DNA of 34,484 nt from Octopus bimaculoides (taxonomy: Eukaryota), in contig NC_068984.1 of assembly GCF_001194135.2 (NCBI RefSeq), positions 5,158,833-5,193,316 of the forward strand, read 5' to 3'. The position numbers were made by a program, and so were the translations under genes. How positions within the stretch are numbered: the first letter of the stretch is position 1; every line of letters begins with the position of its first letter. Positions 21,439 through 33,520 of this stretch are shown one piece after another. The notes beneath the pieces are model-generated. The model was not told the origin of the DNA. It made no database searches and saw only the letters and a list, made by a program, of their open reading frames with translations.

Positions 21439-21483
21439 GTCTCTGAAGGGATATCCATAATATACCAGAAACAGCTGTAAGAC
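21439..21483 (+). ncRNA. Degenerate minimal type I hammerhead motif (probable Penelope-like LTR remnant)
   Basis: GUCU CUGAAG GGAUAU-ccaua-AUAUACC A GAA ACAGCUGU A AGAC. Stem I GUCU/AGAC, 8-nt palindromic stem III, GUA triplet; core lacks A9 and has an extra A before GAAA. Confidence 0.5.
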
Positions 21484-21928
21484 TATTTGATCATAAATAT
21501 CCTGAAAACTCCTTGAATTTGTTATCTCATTCTGTTTAATATAGGCAAGAAGAGGAGGAGTAGTTAGACAAATGAGAAATGTGTTCTCTTAATTTTATTT
21601 TAAGGGAATATTTTTCTTTTGAAAATTAGTAATTATTTCATCGTTTTTTAAAAGCACCTCAAAATTTGATAATAGTCATATAATTATTGTATCTGTATTA
21701 TATGTTCCTATTTTATCCTTGGAGGCAAAAGTACGCTTCCAGAGTTACCCAGTGGGTGGCAGGTAACACTCTAGTATATACAAATATATGTCTATATATT
21801 TTTGTGTCTATCTATCAATTTTTATGCACACACACACACACATACACACATACACGCACGCACACACACACACACAATTATACACACACTTATACACACA
21901 CTTATACACACACTTTTGTGTGATATCG

Positions 21929-22276
21929 TGTGGCACTCCGTCGGTTACGACGATGAGGGTTCCAGTTGATCCGATCAACGGAACAGCCTGCACGTGAAAT
22001 TAACGTGCAAGTGGCTGAACACTCCACAGACACGTGTACCCTTAACATAGTTCTCAGTGAGATTAAGCGTGACACAAAGTGTGACAAGGCTGGCCCCTTT
22101 GAAAATACAGGTACAACAGAATCAGGAAGAAAAAGTGGGTGAAAGTTGTGGTGAAAGAATGTAAAGCTTTAGGTATTTTCGCTCAATAGACACTCACAAC
22201 GCCCGTTCTGGAAATTGAAACAGCATCCTATGACCGTGAGTCATCTGCCCTAACCACTGGGCCATTGCGCTTCCAC
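21929..22276 (-). mobile_element. tRNA-derived SINE, family B variant (different central segment)
   Basis: Minus: TGGCCCAGTGG A-box, degenerate B-box, non-CORE centre, then the 3' body shared with the 1290 and 7027 copies. Confidence 0.85.
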
Positions 22277-22583
22277 GTTAGATATATATTCTATTGTATA
22301 TACACAGGTTCATCTCAATTAAAATGTGGACAAAAACAGCGCTATTTACATGTTGGTGACTGTTTTCGCTCAATAAGAAACTTTGGCTGGTTTCGATATC
22401 ATAATACCCAAGCAAATACAAATTTGTTCCCATATGTATGTTGGAGTCTAAAGTATTAAAGTGCTTGCCTGTTTAATTTTGAATTTTGTATTTATTAAGC
22501 TAAAGACATCAGAAGTAGAAGAATCGAGTAATAAGTACGTCTTTATTAACAAAGTGCCGCGAAAAGAATTCAGTTACAAATAA

Positions 22584-22794
22584 TCCTTTCAACTCTAGAC
22601 ACAAGGCCTGAAATTTGGGGGGAGGAGGCCAGTTGATTAGATTGATCTCAGTACGCAAATGGTACTTAGTTTATCGACCCTGAAAGGATGAAAGGCAAAG
22701 TCGACGTCGGCGGAATTTGACCTCAGAACCTAAAGATGGACGAAATACCGCTAAGCATTTCGTCTGGCGTGCTAACGTGTAAGCTCGCCGCCTT
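22584..22794 (-). mobile_element. Family A SINE
   Basis: Reverse complement: AAGGCGGCGAGCT..TGCTTAGCGGTATTTCGTCC..GAGGTCAAATTCC..GATAAACTAAGTACC. Confidence 0.9.
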
Positions 22795-22835
22795 CATACA
22801 GTTACAAATAGTAGCTTATAATACATAGGAGGGAT

Positions 22836-23051
22836 AAGGCGGCGAACTTTCAGAGTGGTTAGCACGTCGGGGGAAAATGTATGGCAGTCTTTCGTCCGTC
22901 TTTATGATCTGAGTTTGAATTCCGCCGATGTCGACCTTGCGTTTCATCATTCCGTGGTCAATAAAACAAGTTCTAGTTGAGCGCTGGTGGTCGATACAGT
23001 CGACTTAACTCCTTCCTCGACGATGGCGATCTTGTGCCAGAATTTGAAATC
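22836..23051 (+). mobile_element. Family A SINE (diverged)
   Basis: AAGGCGGCGAAC..GAGTTTGAATTCCGCCGATGTCGACC..GGTCGATACAGTCGACT..TTGTGCCAGAATTTGAAATC. Confidence 0.85.
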
Positions 23052-23397
23052 GATATATTATATTAATAAACTCTGGGATAGAAAAGGGTGGAAAGCTGTC
23101 TGCAAGTTTCGGATCACGAATCTGCTTCCAGGACTCGAACTTCGCACCTTTTCTAGGTAATAGGAAGTGCGTGGCTCGAGTATTACAAGTTATTATTTAA
23201 AGCTGGACTCGCTTTCAGACACATCTTTATCAAAGATTTATTTGCTTTCGGTTATATAGCTGCTGTTTTCATTTAGGTCCAACATCAATTTACCGGAAAT
23301 ACCCTTTCGTCCTTGAGAAATTGTATCAAATAACGATGAGAGTAAACAAACAAACGAAGGTTGCTTTTAGAAGCGTTGAGATGTCTTAGAAAGTTAA

Positions 23398-23542
23398 AGA
23401 AGTGATTTTAAATTCTCAAACGCAGGATAATGCTAATAATATAGCCTGAACAGGATAAGCTACCCCTATTTTACAGAAAAAAGTGTAGGCGGCCACTGGC
23501 GTTTCAGAATTATCCTGCGTTTGAGAATTTAAAATCACTTCT
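23398..23542. repeat. Perfect 34-bp inverted repeat with 77-bp spacer (MITE-like)
   Basis: AGAAGTGATTTTAAATTCTCAAACGCAGGATAAT (23398-23431) and its exact reverse complement (23509-23542); no clear TSD. Confidence 0.9.
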
Positions 23543-24613
23543 GTTGTATCAAATAATATCTTGTTACGATGAGGTCCAGCTCAATGTCACTTTCGTGTCT
23601 TTTGATTAATAAAGACACCAGTGGGTTAGCAGAAAAAATCCCGAATGCAACATAACAATAAGAAATGAATGCTGTAGGTTGTGTAGGGTCCTTGATAAAG
23701 TGTGATAGGGAATGGTAAGAACTGACGAACAAGTTGAGAAGTTGTATAGTTGGAAAAAGGAAAGAAAATTTATGCTGGCAAAGAACGAAAGGGAGACGTG
23801 GAAGCGTATTGGAGAGACAGAAGGAGAGAAAAAAGGTATTCAGGAGAATAATGAAAGGCAGAGGCGATGATACATTAAAAGCTTGGGTAACTGAGAGAAA
23901 AGCTATGTTGAAAAGTAACGAAAAGGAGAGAAGAATTATGTTAGGGAGTGACGGAAGGAGACACAGTGGCGTTTTGGAGAATAACAAAGGGAGAGAAGAG
24001 AGTATGGTCAGAGATAAGAAAGATATTCTGGAGAGAAAAGAAAGAGAAAGTGATGCATTGCAGAGTCAGATAAGAAAGAGAGAAAATATATTGGAGAGTA
24101 CGAAAGGGAGACAATGGGATGTATAAAAGAGTAAAGAAAAGAGGATAAGTGTAGGTATTTGAATGTAAACGAGATTTGGACAAGCGATTAGAGATAAGTG
24201 TTTTCTTTAGAGTCGAAATTGCAGGTTACAATTTATGAGTGTAAAATATTGTATGAGATCGGGACGAGAGAAATAAAGGCTCCATATGTAAGTCATACGA
24301 TTTAATAGGCATTGATTCTGGTTCTACAACAATTTATTTAATAGGAATTAAAGGTTTCTCAGTTATTGTATAACATTGATGAGGGATGTTGAATACAGGT
24401 TTGAATAGCGAGGTGCATTCATGGGCCTGTCATTGGCTACGAAGCATAGAAACTAAACATTTACGTGAGCTAATGGTTATTATAGAGTGAATCGGCAATT
24501 ATGGGAACATCTATAACCAATAGCCAATTTACCGATGGAATTTTATGCGCGCGAATGTGTGTGTGTGTGTGCGTGTGCGTGTGCGTGTGTGCATGTGTGT
24601 GTATGCGTGTGTG

Positions 24614-24935
24614 CAGCGCTGGATTAACCATTAAGGGATCAAGGGAAAAAGGCAGCACAAAAATGGTAAATGGTTTACGGCACACAATAAACCACTTTAA
24701 ACTTTATCTCTGTTAAGTACAGAAGCAGATGCGTAAGGTAAGATTAATTATCAGGATCTGATCAAAGACATTGCAATTAAAATCAGGAGAAAACCTTACA
24801 AACATAAAGAAAACGGAAGTATTTGAAATTCAACATTGTTTTCCATCATTACTGTTTATATTTTAGATTACATTTTTATATATGGGGGAAACAAAATCTG
24901 TTGAGACCATTATGGGGCTTCTTAATCCGGCCTTG
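24614..24935. mobile_element. Possible hAT (Tip100-like) MITE
   Basis: Imperfect TIRs CAGCGCTGGATTAA and TTAATCCGGCCTTG (11/14 match); TSD not convincing. Confidence 0.4.
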
Positions 24936-25380
24936 TGCGCTCGTGTTTGCACGCACACGATGGAAAGCTACGCTATGAGCCCGAACATATTCAACAAGCT
25001 GGTACATTACCTTTGTGCCACAATGCGATATCTAATGGTTCCAGTAGCTTCTATAGCGTCGAAGATATAATCTTCCCCTGCGTTTGAGACAGGAAAACAT
25101 GTAGAACAAATGGAAATGGAATGACCCAAATTGAATGGCACAAATAAATACTGATAAACGCGACAAGACGAGTAGGGTTGCCTTTATGTATGGTCATTTC
25201 ACATGCAAGGAATAGTAGTCAATTTTCCCTCAAATTTTCTCCTTGCCGTCTTAAAAACGAAAGGATACATTAATTCATTTGATAATGTAGTTCTCGATAT
25301 ACTTAAAAACACAGCATGCTGACGGTTGTAATGTCACTGATCAGAGGCCCCGATTATCCTAGGGCTAAGAAGAACTACTG

Positions 25381-25650
25381 CAGGAGTGGCTGTGCGGTAA
25401 GTAGCTTGCTTACCAACCACATGGTTCCGGGTTCTGTTCCACTGCGTGGCACCTTGGGCAAGTGTCTTCTGCTATAGCCTCGGGCCGACCAAAGCCTTGT
25501 GAGTGCATTTGGTAGACGGAAACTGAAAGAAGCCCGTCGTATATATATACATATATATGTATGTGTGTACATATGATTGTGTGTCTGTGTTTGTCCCCTT
25601 CCCCAACATCACTTGACGACCGATGCTGGTGTGTTTACGTCACCGTAACA
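25381..25650 (+). mobile_element. Family C SINE, well-conserved 5' two thirds
   Basis: CAGGAGTGGCTGTGCGGTAAGTAGC..GGTTCTGTTCC..GTGGCACCTTGGGCAAGTGTCTT (CORE-like)..(TA/TG)n..CCGTAACATAGCG. Confidence 0.92.
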
Positions 25651-25654
25651 TAGC

Positions 25655-25752
25655 GATTGAAAGATATATATATATATATATACATATAGTGTAGATAAAT
25701 GTATATATTATATATTTATATATAAATATATATATACACACATATATATATA

Positions 25753-25793
<41 letters not shown>

Positions 25794-26125
25794 NNNNNNN
25801 NNNNNNNNNNNNNNNNNNNNNNNNNNNNNNNNNNNNNNNNNNNNNNNNNNNNNNNNNNNNNNNNNNNNNNNNNNNNNNNNNNNNNNNNNNNNNNNNNNNN
25901 NNNNNNNNNNNNNNNNNNNNNNNNNNNNNNNNNNNNNNNNNNNNNNNNNNNNNNNNNNNNNNNNNNNNNNNNNNNNNNNNNNNNNNNNNNNNNNNNNNNN
26001 NNNNNNNNNNNNNNNNNNNNNNNNNNNNNNNNNNNNNNNNNNNNNNNNNNNNNNNNNNNNNNNNNNNNNNNNNNNNNNNNNNNNNNNNTATATATACATA
26101 TATACATATATACAAATATACATAT
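25655..26125. repeat. (TA)n-rich microsatellite around gap 25794-26088
   Basis: Seen directly. Confidence 0.9.
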
Positions 26126-26175
26126 GTACTGGTGTCGATATAATCGACTTGTCCCCTTCTCTCAAAATCTCTGGA
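26126..26175 (+). mobile_element. Family A SINE 3' fragment
   Basis: GTACTGGTGTCGATATAATCGACTTGTCCCCTTC. Confidence 0.6.
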
Positions 26176-26419
26176 CTTGAATCCTGAAACGGACCGGCGT
26201 TCCATTCATTCAATGTTGTGATCTCGGTCACTTATATACTATAGAAACCGGGTAACCGGCTTTATTAGTCCTGGGACTCCAGGAACGCGAAAGTAATAAC
26301 AAAAAATACTCAAATGATTTTTTTCTTTCTTTTCATCACCTTTATTTTTCATGATGAAAGACAAATTCTCGAAACATTGAACTTACTCCCTTTCTATTTT
26401 TACACTATATATGTAAGCA

Positions 26420-26633
26420 CTGCCTTTTATCCTTTCGAAATCGATAAAATACGTACTAGCTGAACTCTAGCGTCGATTTAATTAACACTTATCCCTCTTC
26501 TAAAATTACCGGCCAGGTCGACTTAGCCTTTCATCCGATCGGGATCGATAAATTAAGTACCAGTCGCTCACTGGGATTGATGTAATTAACTTCCAGCCGC
26601 TAAAATTATTGACGTTGTCCAAAATCTGAAACC
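26420..26633 (+). mobile_element. Two tandem headless family A SINE fragments
   Basis: GCCTTTTATCCTTTCG..CGATAAAA..GTAC (26420-26510), then GGTCGACTTAGCCTTTCATCC..GATAAATTAAGTACCAG..AAAATCTGAAACC (26515-26633). Confidence 0.7.
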
Positions 26634-27249
26634 TTTGGAATACAGGAAGCAGTAATACTTCCCATACTCTGCTGATTTCGATACAACGGCGTCTATCTAT
26701 GGCTCGGTGGACTTAGACAGCGAGAGTTAAATTTCTTGAAGTCGTTGATCCCGCGCCATGTAGGCGGAACTCTTATCAATACGTCCTGTTATCTACGTTT
26801 CTACTTCGATAAAATAAATAAGTGTGACTTTTAGTGTTTTGGTAGGAATATTAACATCGATTTTGATTCAGATAAACGTTTTCTCACGCACAACTGAATG
26901 AAAATACAAAAGCAAAAAAGAGAAAGAAATAGAGAAAGAAAGATATAATGAAAGATGTGCATATAGAAGGATCGAATTCACATTTTTTCGATCACAAGAG
27001 GTTGTTTTTCTTCTATCAGTCACTCCTCGCCCACGATTACAGCGGAATTCTCCGTGTATTCCATTTTATTACATAACAGGAATTATTCTGGAACCATTTT
27101 GAGTTGACTGTCTTATTCTATCCCACTCGGTGTAGCATGTGCGTTAATGTGCGTGTGTATGTATGTGTGTGGTGAATGTGGGTTGCTGTTCTACCTGGTA
27201 TGTATAAATGCATGTACACATGCTTGTAAGTAAGTAGATAATCCGTTCA

Positions 27250-27322
27250 TATAAATATAGCACACACGTACAAACACACACACACACACATACATATATA
27301 TGCATATCTTACATGCATACGT

Positions 27323-27353
<31 letters not shown>

Positions 27354-27656
27354 NNNNNNNNNNNNNNNNNNNNNNNNNNNNNNNNNNNNNNNNNNNNNNN
27401 NNNNNNNNNNNNNNNNNNNNNNNNNNNNNNNNNNNNNNNNNNNNNNNNNNNNNNNNNNNNNNNNNNNNNNNNNNNNNNNNNNNNNNNNNNNNNNNNNNNN
27501 NNNNNNNNNNNNNNNNNNNNNNNNNNNNNNNNNNNNNNNNNNNNNNNNNNNNNNNNNNNNNNNNNNNNNNNNNNNNNNNNNNNNNNNNNNNNNNNNNNNN
27601 NNNNNNNNNNNNNNNNNNNNNNNNNNNNNNNNATATATGTATATATATATATGTAT

Positions 27657-27691
<35 letters not shown>

Positions 27692-27790
27692 TATATATGT
27701 ATGTATGTATATTATGTTGTGTGTGCCTGTATGTATTCGTACCGGTATATGTATGTGTGTGTCTATGAGTGTATCTGTGTACGTATTGCG
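27250..27790. repeat. (CA)/(TA)/(TG) microsatellites around gap 27354-27632
   Basis: Seen directly. Confidence 0.9.
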
Positions 27791-28631
27791 GTATAATAGA
27801 AGACACCGAGAAATATTTACACAAGACAGACAAGTCTGTGCATCTGATGAAACAGTTTGGTATCGTTTGACATGCAAACATTAATGAAAAATAATGATAG
27901 AGCCGCAAAAAGAAGGAGATTTGGCCGATCTCTGTAGACATGAATACATTGTGTGGAACGAGGGAAGAGGTAAGAGGAAAGCAGAGGCGGCGGTGGCGGC
28001 GGTGGCGGCAGCGGAGAGAAATGTGTTTTGTTTCAGCTGTCACAGATAAGTTGATAATTGAATTATTAATGTCTTTGATAATTTGGAGATGTGATAGAAA
28101 AGGGGACGAGTGCAGCTAAGCTGAAAGCATTGATTAAAGAAAAGGAAGGATTCCATCGTTGTCGTGGTTGTCGTCGTGGTCGTCATCGCCATCACCATCT
28201 TCATCATCATCACCATCTTCACCANNNNNNNNNNNNNNNNNNNNNNNNNNNNNNNNNNNNNNNNNNNNNNNNNNNNNNNNNNNNNNNNNNNNNNNNNNNN
28301 NNNNNNNNNNNNNNNNNNNNNNNNAACAAGAACACAAATGCATGCGCACATAAGGATACACATCTTAGAAGAACAGAATGGTGTAAGTGGAGCAAAAACA
28401 CACACGAAAACGAAAAGTGATGCTGAAACGGTCACAGATGTGCGACGAAAGATTTCCGAACAATGGGCATGTGTTAGAATAATAAAATAACAGTAATAAA
28501 CGAGTGAGAGAAAGAAATATATAATGCGTGCATTTATTTGGCTGGAAAAAAATGACAATCCCGAAATACAACAACATCTGTCTCAACACACGATTTCACA
28601 TCAGTAATCTTGCAAAACGAAATGACAACCG

Positions 28632-28663
<32 letters not shown>

Positions 28664-29419
28664 NNNNNNNNNNNNNNNNNNNNNNNNNNNNNNNNNNNNN
28701 NNNNNNNNNNNNNNNNNNNNNNNNNNNNNNNNNNNNNNNNNNNNNNNNNNNNNNNNNNNNNNNNNNNNNNNNNNNNNNNNNNNNNNNNNNNNNNNNNNNN
28801 NNNNNNNNNNNNNNNNNNNNNNNNNNNNNNNNNNNNNNNNNNNNNNNNNNNNNNNNNNNNNNNNNNNNNNNNNNNNNNNNNNNNNNNNNNNNNNNNNNNN
28901 NNNNNNNNNNNNNNNNNNNNNNNNNNNNNNNNNNNNNNNNNNNNNNNNNNNNNNNNNNNNNNNNNNNNNNNNNNNNNNNNNNNNNNNNNNNNNNNNNNNN
29001 NNNNNNNNNNNNNNNNNNNNNNNNNNNNNNNTATATATATATACATATATGAATGAGCAAGAATAATGAATGAAGATAACAAATGATTGAGCCGTGCTAA
29101 TGATAACATATGTGATAAATTAATTTTCAATGGGTCGAAAAACTCAATGTCGTAAAATAAAAGCTTTCTTGGATTATTACATGTGACAATCAATACGTGT
29201 TGGCCTGTTTTTATCGTTGGCCAATGGTATTGCAGAGAAAGTATCTTTTTCACTTCTTACGTTCGACTTCGTCACGAACAACATCTTTCGTGGATGATAA
29301 ATTCTATGCGTGCTCGACATGGTTTTTGACGATACCAACAACAGAGAAACGCTGAGGTAGAAGTGTCCACCATTGTTGCGCCCTTTTATTTGTCTTTTTT
29401 TAAAATTATGGATATCTTC

Positions 29420-29790
29420 TTAAGCCTTGGATCTTCTGCACATAGCTGATGCTCACGTCTGACTCTTCCCATTTTCCTTGAGGGTAGATTTACATTGGTC
29501 CACAAAGCGTAGCTTTGGACGTTTTATTCCTCTTCAACAATCTGGTTGTTCTCCATATAACACTTGAGGGTTCTAGAGTCATCCATTAGTGTAACATACC
29601 GTAGCATTTTAAGTTGTCCTGATCTAAGCATGGAGGTGTGTGACAGATCATCTGCTCTTTAGAACACGTCGGGGATTTTGTCATGCCATTCGCTGCCATC
29701 TTCGCATAAGTTGTCCTTACAATAAACAGTATCTGTGAACAAAATCTTAATTCTATCAAAAACCACTTTTCCCCCAAAATGTCATCCATT
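29420..29790 (-). mobile_element. RTE-clade LINE remnant (C-terminal ORF region)
   Basis: Minus-strand blocks WHDKIPD (29668-29688), MLRSGQLKMLRYVTLMDDSRTLK, and YGEQPDC*RGIKRPKLRFVDQCKSTLKENG (29468-29557) match the RTE pattern W.DKIP..ML...QLRW.GHV.RM.D.R.PK..YGEL..G.R..GRPKLR..D..K..LK. Confidence 0.75.
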
Positions 29791-30128
29791 TACTATATTT
29801 CTGAAAAATCTTAGAAAAGTCTGTAATAATATTTTTCTACTTTTCCTTCTCCTCTCTCATCCCGCAATTGAAATTTGTGTGCCTGTGTGACTGACAATCC
29901 CAACAATATTTGACATCGAAGTCCCATGTCTAAGTGTATCAGAAAGCATCAAACATTACAATACAGGACATTTTATAAACGGAAGCGACAAGCCCTTAAC
30001 AGTAATTCAAAGAAACAGAGCCATGAAATATGAAGTATTAATCCACTAAATGATTACTCTACAAAAATGTAGGAAGACCAATTTTTCAAATGATATCATT
30101 TCACACCGCTGTGAAATTGCCAATCATA

Positions 30129-30134
<6 letters not shown>

Positions 30135-30175
<41 letters not shown>

Positions 30176-30206
30176 CACACATACACACACACATACACAC
30201 ACACAA

Positions 30207-30238
<32 letters not shown>

Positions 30239-30830
30239 ACACACACATATATATGTATACACATATATTATGGAAATTCTTTTTTAAATATAAATATATC
30301 CATAGGAATATATGTTTGTGTGTGTGAGTGTAATATATGTATATCTAAGTGTACATATACATTGATATGTATATGTATGTGTATACACACACACACAAAC
30401 ACACACACACAAACACACACACTCTCAGACGCGCGTGCGCACACACAACACACCCACACAGATATATCAAATTTGTGAGAGGCAAAGAGAACGATGGGAG
30501 AGAGGGGTTGAGAAAAAGTGCATTCAATAAGAGATGAAAATAAGATAAAATCTAGAAAAAAAATAAGGAAAAGGTGGAAAAAAAAATCGAGAAATAAATC
30601 GTGACTAAAGACATTAGAATAAAGAGTGAGAGTGAGGTTGATATATCCCCGACGGAGAAGAAGGCGTCAGAAAAGGAAATAAATAATATTTAGGGCTTGA
30701 GCGAGTTATTCATATATGAAACATAAATGGTTATGTGGTTGGGGAAGAGCGGTTGTGGGTGGGGGGGAAAGCATGAATTTAAAAAGGAGAGAGTGGGCAA
30801 AACAAATGTTTTAATACGTACACACATACA

Positions 30831-30866
<36 letters not shown>

Positions 30867-30874
30867 TATATATA
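30135..30874. repeat. (TA)/(CA)/(TACA) microsatellite cluster
   Basis: Seen directly, with purine-rich spacers. Confidence 0.8.
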
Positions 30875-31689
30875 NNNNNNNNNNNNNNNNNNNNNNNNNN
30901 NNNNNNNNNNNNNNNNNNNNNNNNNNNNNNNNNNNNNNNNNNNNNNNNNNNNNNNNNNNNNNNNNNNNNNNNNNNNNNNNNNNNNNNNNNNNNNNNNNNN
31001 NNNNNNNNNNNNNNNNNNNNNNNNNNNNNNNNNNNNNNNNNNNNNNNNNNNNNNNNNNNNNNNNNNNNNNNNNNNNNNNNNNNNNNNNNNNNNNNNNNNN
31101 NNNNNNNNNNNNNNNNNNNNNNNNNNNNNNNNNNNNNNNNNNNNNNNNNNNNNNNNNNNNNNNNNNNNNNNNNNNNNNNNNNNNNNNNNNNNNNNNNNNN
31201 NNNNNNNNNNNNNNNNNNNNNNNNNNNNNNNNNNNNNNNNNNNNNNNNNNNNNNNNNNNNNNNNNNNNNNNNNNNNNNNNNNNNNNNNNNNNNNNNNNNN
31301 NNNNNNNNNNNNNNNNNNNNNNNNNNNNNNNNNNNNNNNNNNNNNNNNNNNNNNNNNNNNNNNNNNNNNNNNNNNNNNNNNNNNNNNNNNNNNNNNNNNN
31401 NNNNNNTATATATATATATATATATTTGTATCTATGTATTCATGCATTCGCATATATACACACTAATACATATATATGTATAGGGAGAAGGAGAGAGAGG
31501 ATAGAGAGAGATAGAGAGAGATAGTAGCCCCAGAAGATAATATAGACACGCATACATACTTACATAAATTGCAAAGAGAAATGAGGTGCAAATGACCGAG
31601 GCCGTCACTGTCTTGCACACTCCGTTGGCTGCAATAACTGGACTACGGAATTTATCGTGCTGATAACTCTAACTTATTGAGAAACTAAC

Positions 31690-31800
31690 GTTTATGAATG
31701 TACTTTCATATCTATTCAAGAAGCCTGCTCCTTCTTTTAATGGCATGTCAGCTTCAGAGAATGCTTTAGCCCTGAGATTATCTCTCCTTGTCATACGAAG
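31690..31800 (-). CDS. Speculative 111-nt phase 0/0 exon (LRMTRRDNLRAKAFSEADMPLKEGAGFLNRYESTFIN)
   Basis: Open frame between a pyrimidine-rich ..AAAACAG acceptor and a GTTAGT donor; no recognised homology. Confidence 0.2.
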
Positions 31801-31989
31801 CTGTTTTCAATTCAAAAAGGATAAAAGTTCTTTCCTGAGCCAGTCTCACGCAAAAGTTCTTGTGATTCTATGGCGAATATATTCCGAACACCCCTTTATG
31901 GGAGGCTGACCCGTCGTAAGATTACTCATTGTATTCGCGTATATATTTTCCTGGGTGTGTCTTTGTCTTTCCTGCGGCGCTTAAAAACT

Positions 31990-32152
31990 GGAGTCTATGT
32001 CCCTGTAACATTCCGGTTCGGCAGAAGACTTTGATGGAATAAGTACTGGATCGATTTGTTCGACTAATCTCTTCAAGGCTGTGCCCCAGCATGGCCGCAG
32101 TCCAATTGGTGAAACAAGATAATAGACAAAAGCCAATGCACCTAATAAGAAA
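31990..32152 (+). mobile_element. Family C SINE tail
   Basis: CCCTGTAAC..GGTTCGGCAGAAG..GAATAAGTACT..TCGATTTGTTCGACT..GTGCCCCAGCATGGCCGCAG..GAAACAAG. Confidence 0.75.
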
Positions 32153-32694
32153 GCAAAGAAAATGGCTTTCAACAAACAACAAGGTTACCTTTGGAAAGCG
32201 CTCTCTAAAGAAGAAGGTGCAGAATGACGATCAATTCATGTCAGGAGTTTATAGAGCAAATATAAACAAGTAATGAGAAATAGCAAGCAACTATTTGAAG
32301 CTTCGTTTGTATTAACATTGCACGGAGGCAGAGTGACGTCACAGGTTAATGTCCTTGTATAAAGTTCTGCGCACATTATAGAAACAGATAGGCAATGTTG
32401 CGGAAGAGTGATTCCAGCTTCTGGGATACGAACGATGCGAGACGATAACGCATGTGTTTAGTGATGGAGACCAGAGCTTTTAATTAATTAAAGTTGCTGT
32501 TGTGCAGTTCTGGTCTTCAGTCATCATAATGGCTATTAATGAGTTACTCCAGAATCTTATTTATATATGAATGGGTTTGAAAATGGTGTTGTTAATAAGT
32601 TTGCGTGTGAAGATGATGCTAACGACTGAGACTGCAGCTACTGCAGATGCAGCTTCACATAAAGATGTCGACGAGGCGTAAGAATCATAAGGAA

Positions 32695-32870
<176 letters not shown>

Positions 32871-33056
32871 TTATTGAGTGAGAGAGCAGTGAATGCCATC
32901 AAAGTGACACTGGGGTAAACTATACGAAACCCAGTATACCCACAATGACTACCCGTCTGATTAGGGTACACCAGGCACATGCATCACAACCATATGTGCG
33001 TGACATGGTGATTTCATATCAAGATAAACAGCGCATGACCTTGCAGGTGGGGGACA
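32871..33056 (-). mobile_element. SINE family D, 3' part
   Basis: Reverse-complement homolog of 11870-12045; cut by a gap. Confidence 0.8.
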
Positions 33057-33298
33057 NNNNNNNNNNGTTTGTTTAAGGATGTTGAGCAAAACACCCATAT
33101 TTCCAAAGGTGAATTATCCAAACCCCACAGAATTCCCCTCAACACATGGCTATGATGCTCCCCCACTACTTCTGTTCGTGATCAGAGATGCATTTATCGT
33201 CAGTCACCAAGGGACATGCTCAACTCGTTAAGGTCAAACAACTGACAAACAAATCTGTGGTATTAAGCAGAATATTTGCTGTAGCCCATCTTTTTATT

Positions 33299-33364
<66 letters not shown>

Positions 33365-33374
33365 NNNNNNNNNN

Positions 33375-33457
33375 TATGTTTGACTTTTGTTTTGCATTTG
33401 TACAAGTTGGATCCAAGTCTCACCCAGAGACCTCAAGAGACAACAAGTTAGAAGTTC
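33375..33457 (-). mobile_element. Very short 3' UTR remnant of an R4/Dong-like element within (TTA)n
   Basis: Unique 83 bp between two TTA tracts; minus motif GAGGTCTCTGGGTGAGACTTG resembles GAGGCTGGTTGTGACCCG in the 3' UTR of the RLE remnant at 33786-33803. Confidence 0.5.
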
Positions 33458-33477
33458 TATTATTATTATTATTATTA

Positions 33478-33520
<43 letters not shown>

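Noticed and set aside
23535-24183. 130-aa and 150-aa ORFs on opposite strands
   Set aside because: Purine-rich low-complexity tract; R/K/E or L/F/S bias with no motif or splice support.
27844-27870. CTGATGA hits here and at 13286-13292 (minus) and 18588
   Set aside because: No GAAA closing a stem II at a suitable distance.
33067-33294. Further interspersed repeat I seem to recall from octopus DNA (also weak similarity between 20640-20730 and 25215-25300)
   Set aside because: No clear second copy or diagnostic motif in this window, so it cannot be supported from the sequence alone.
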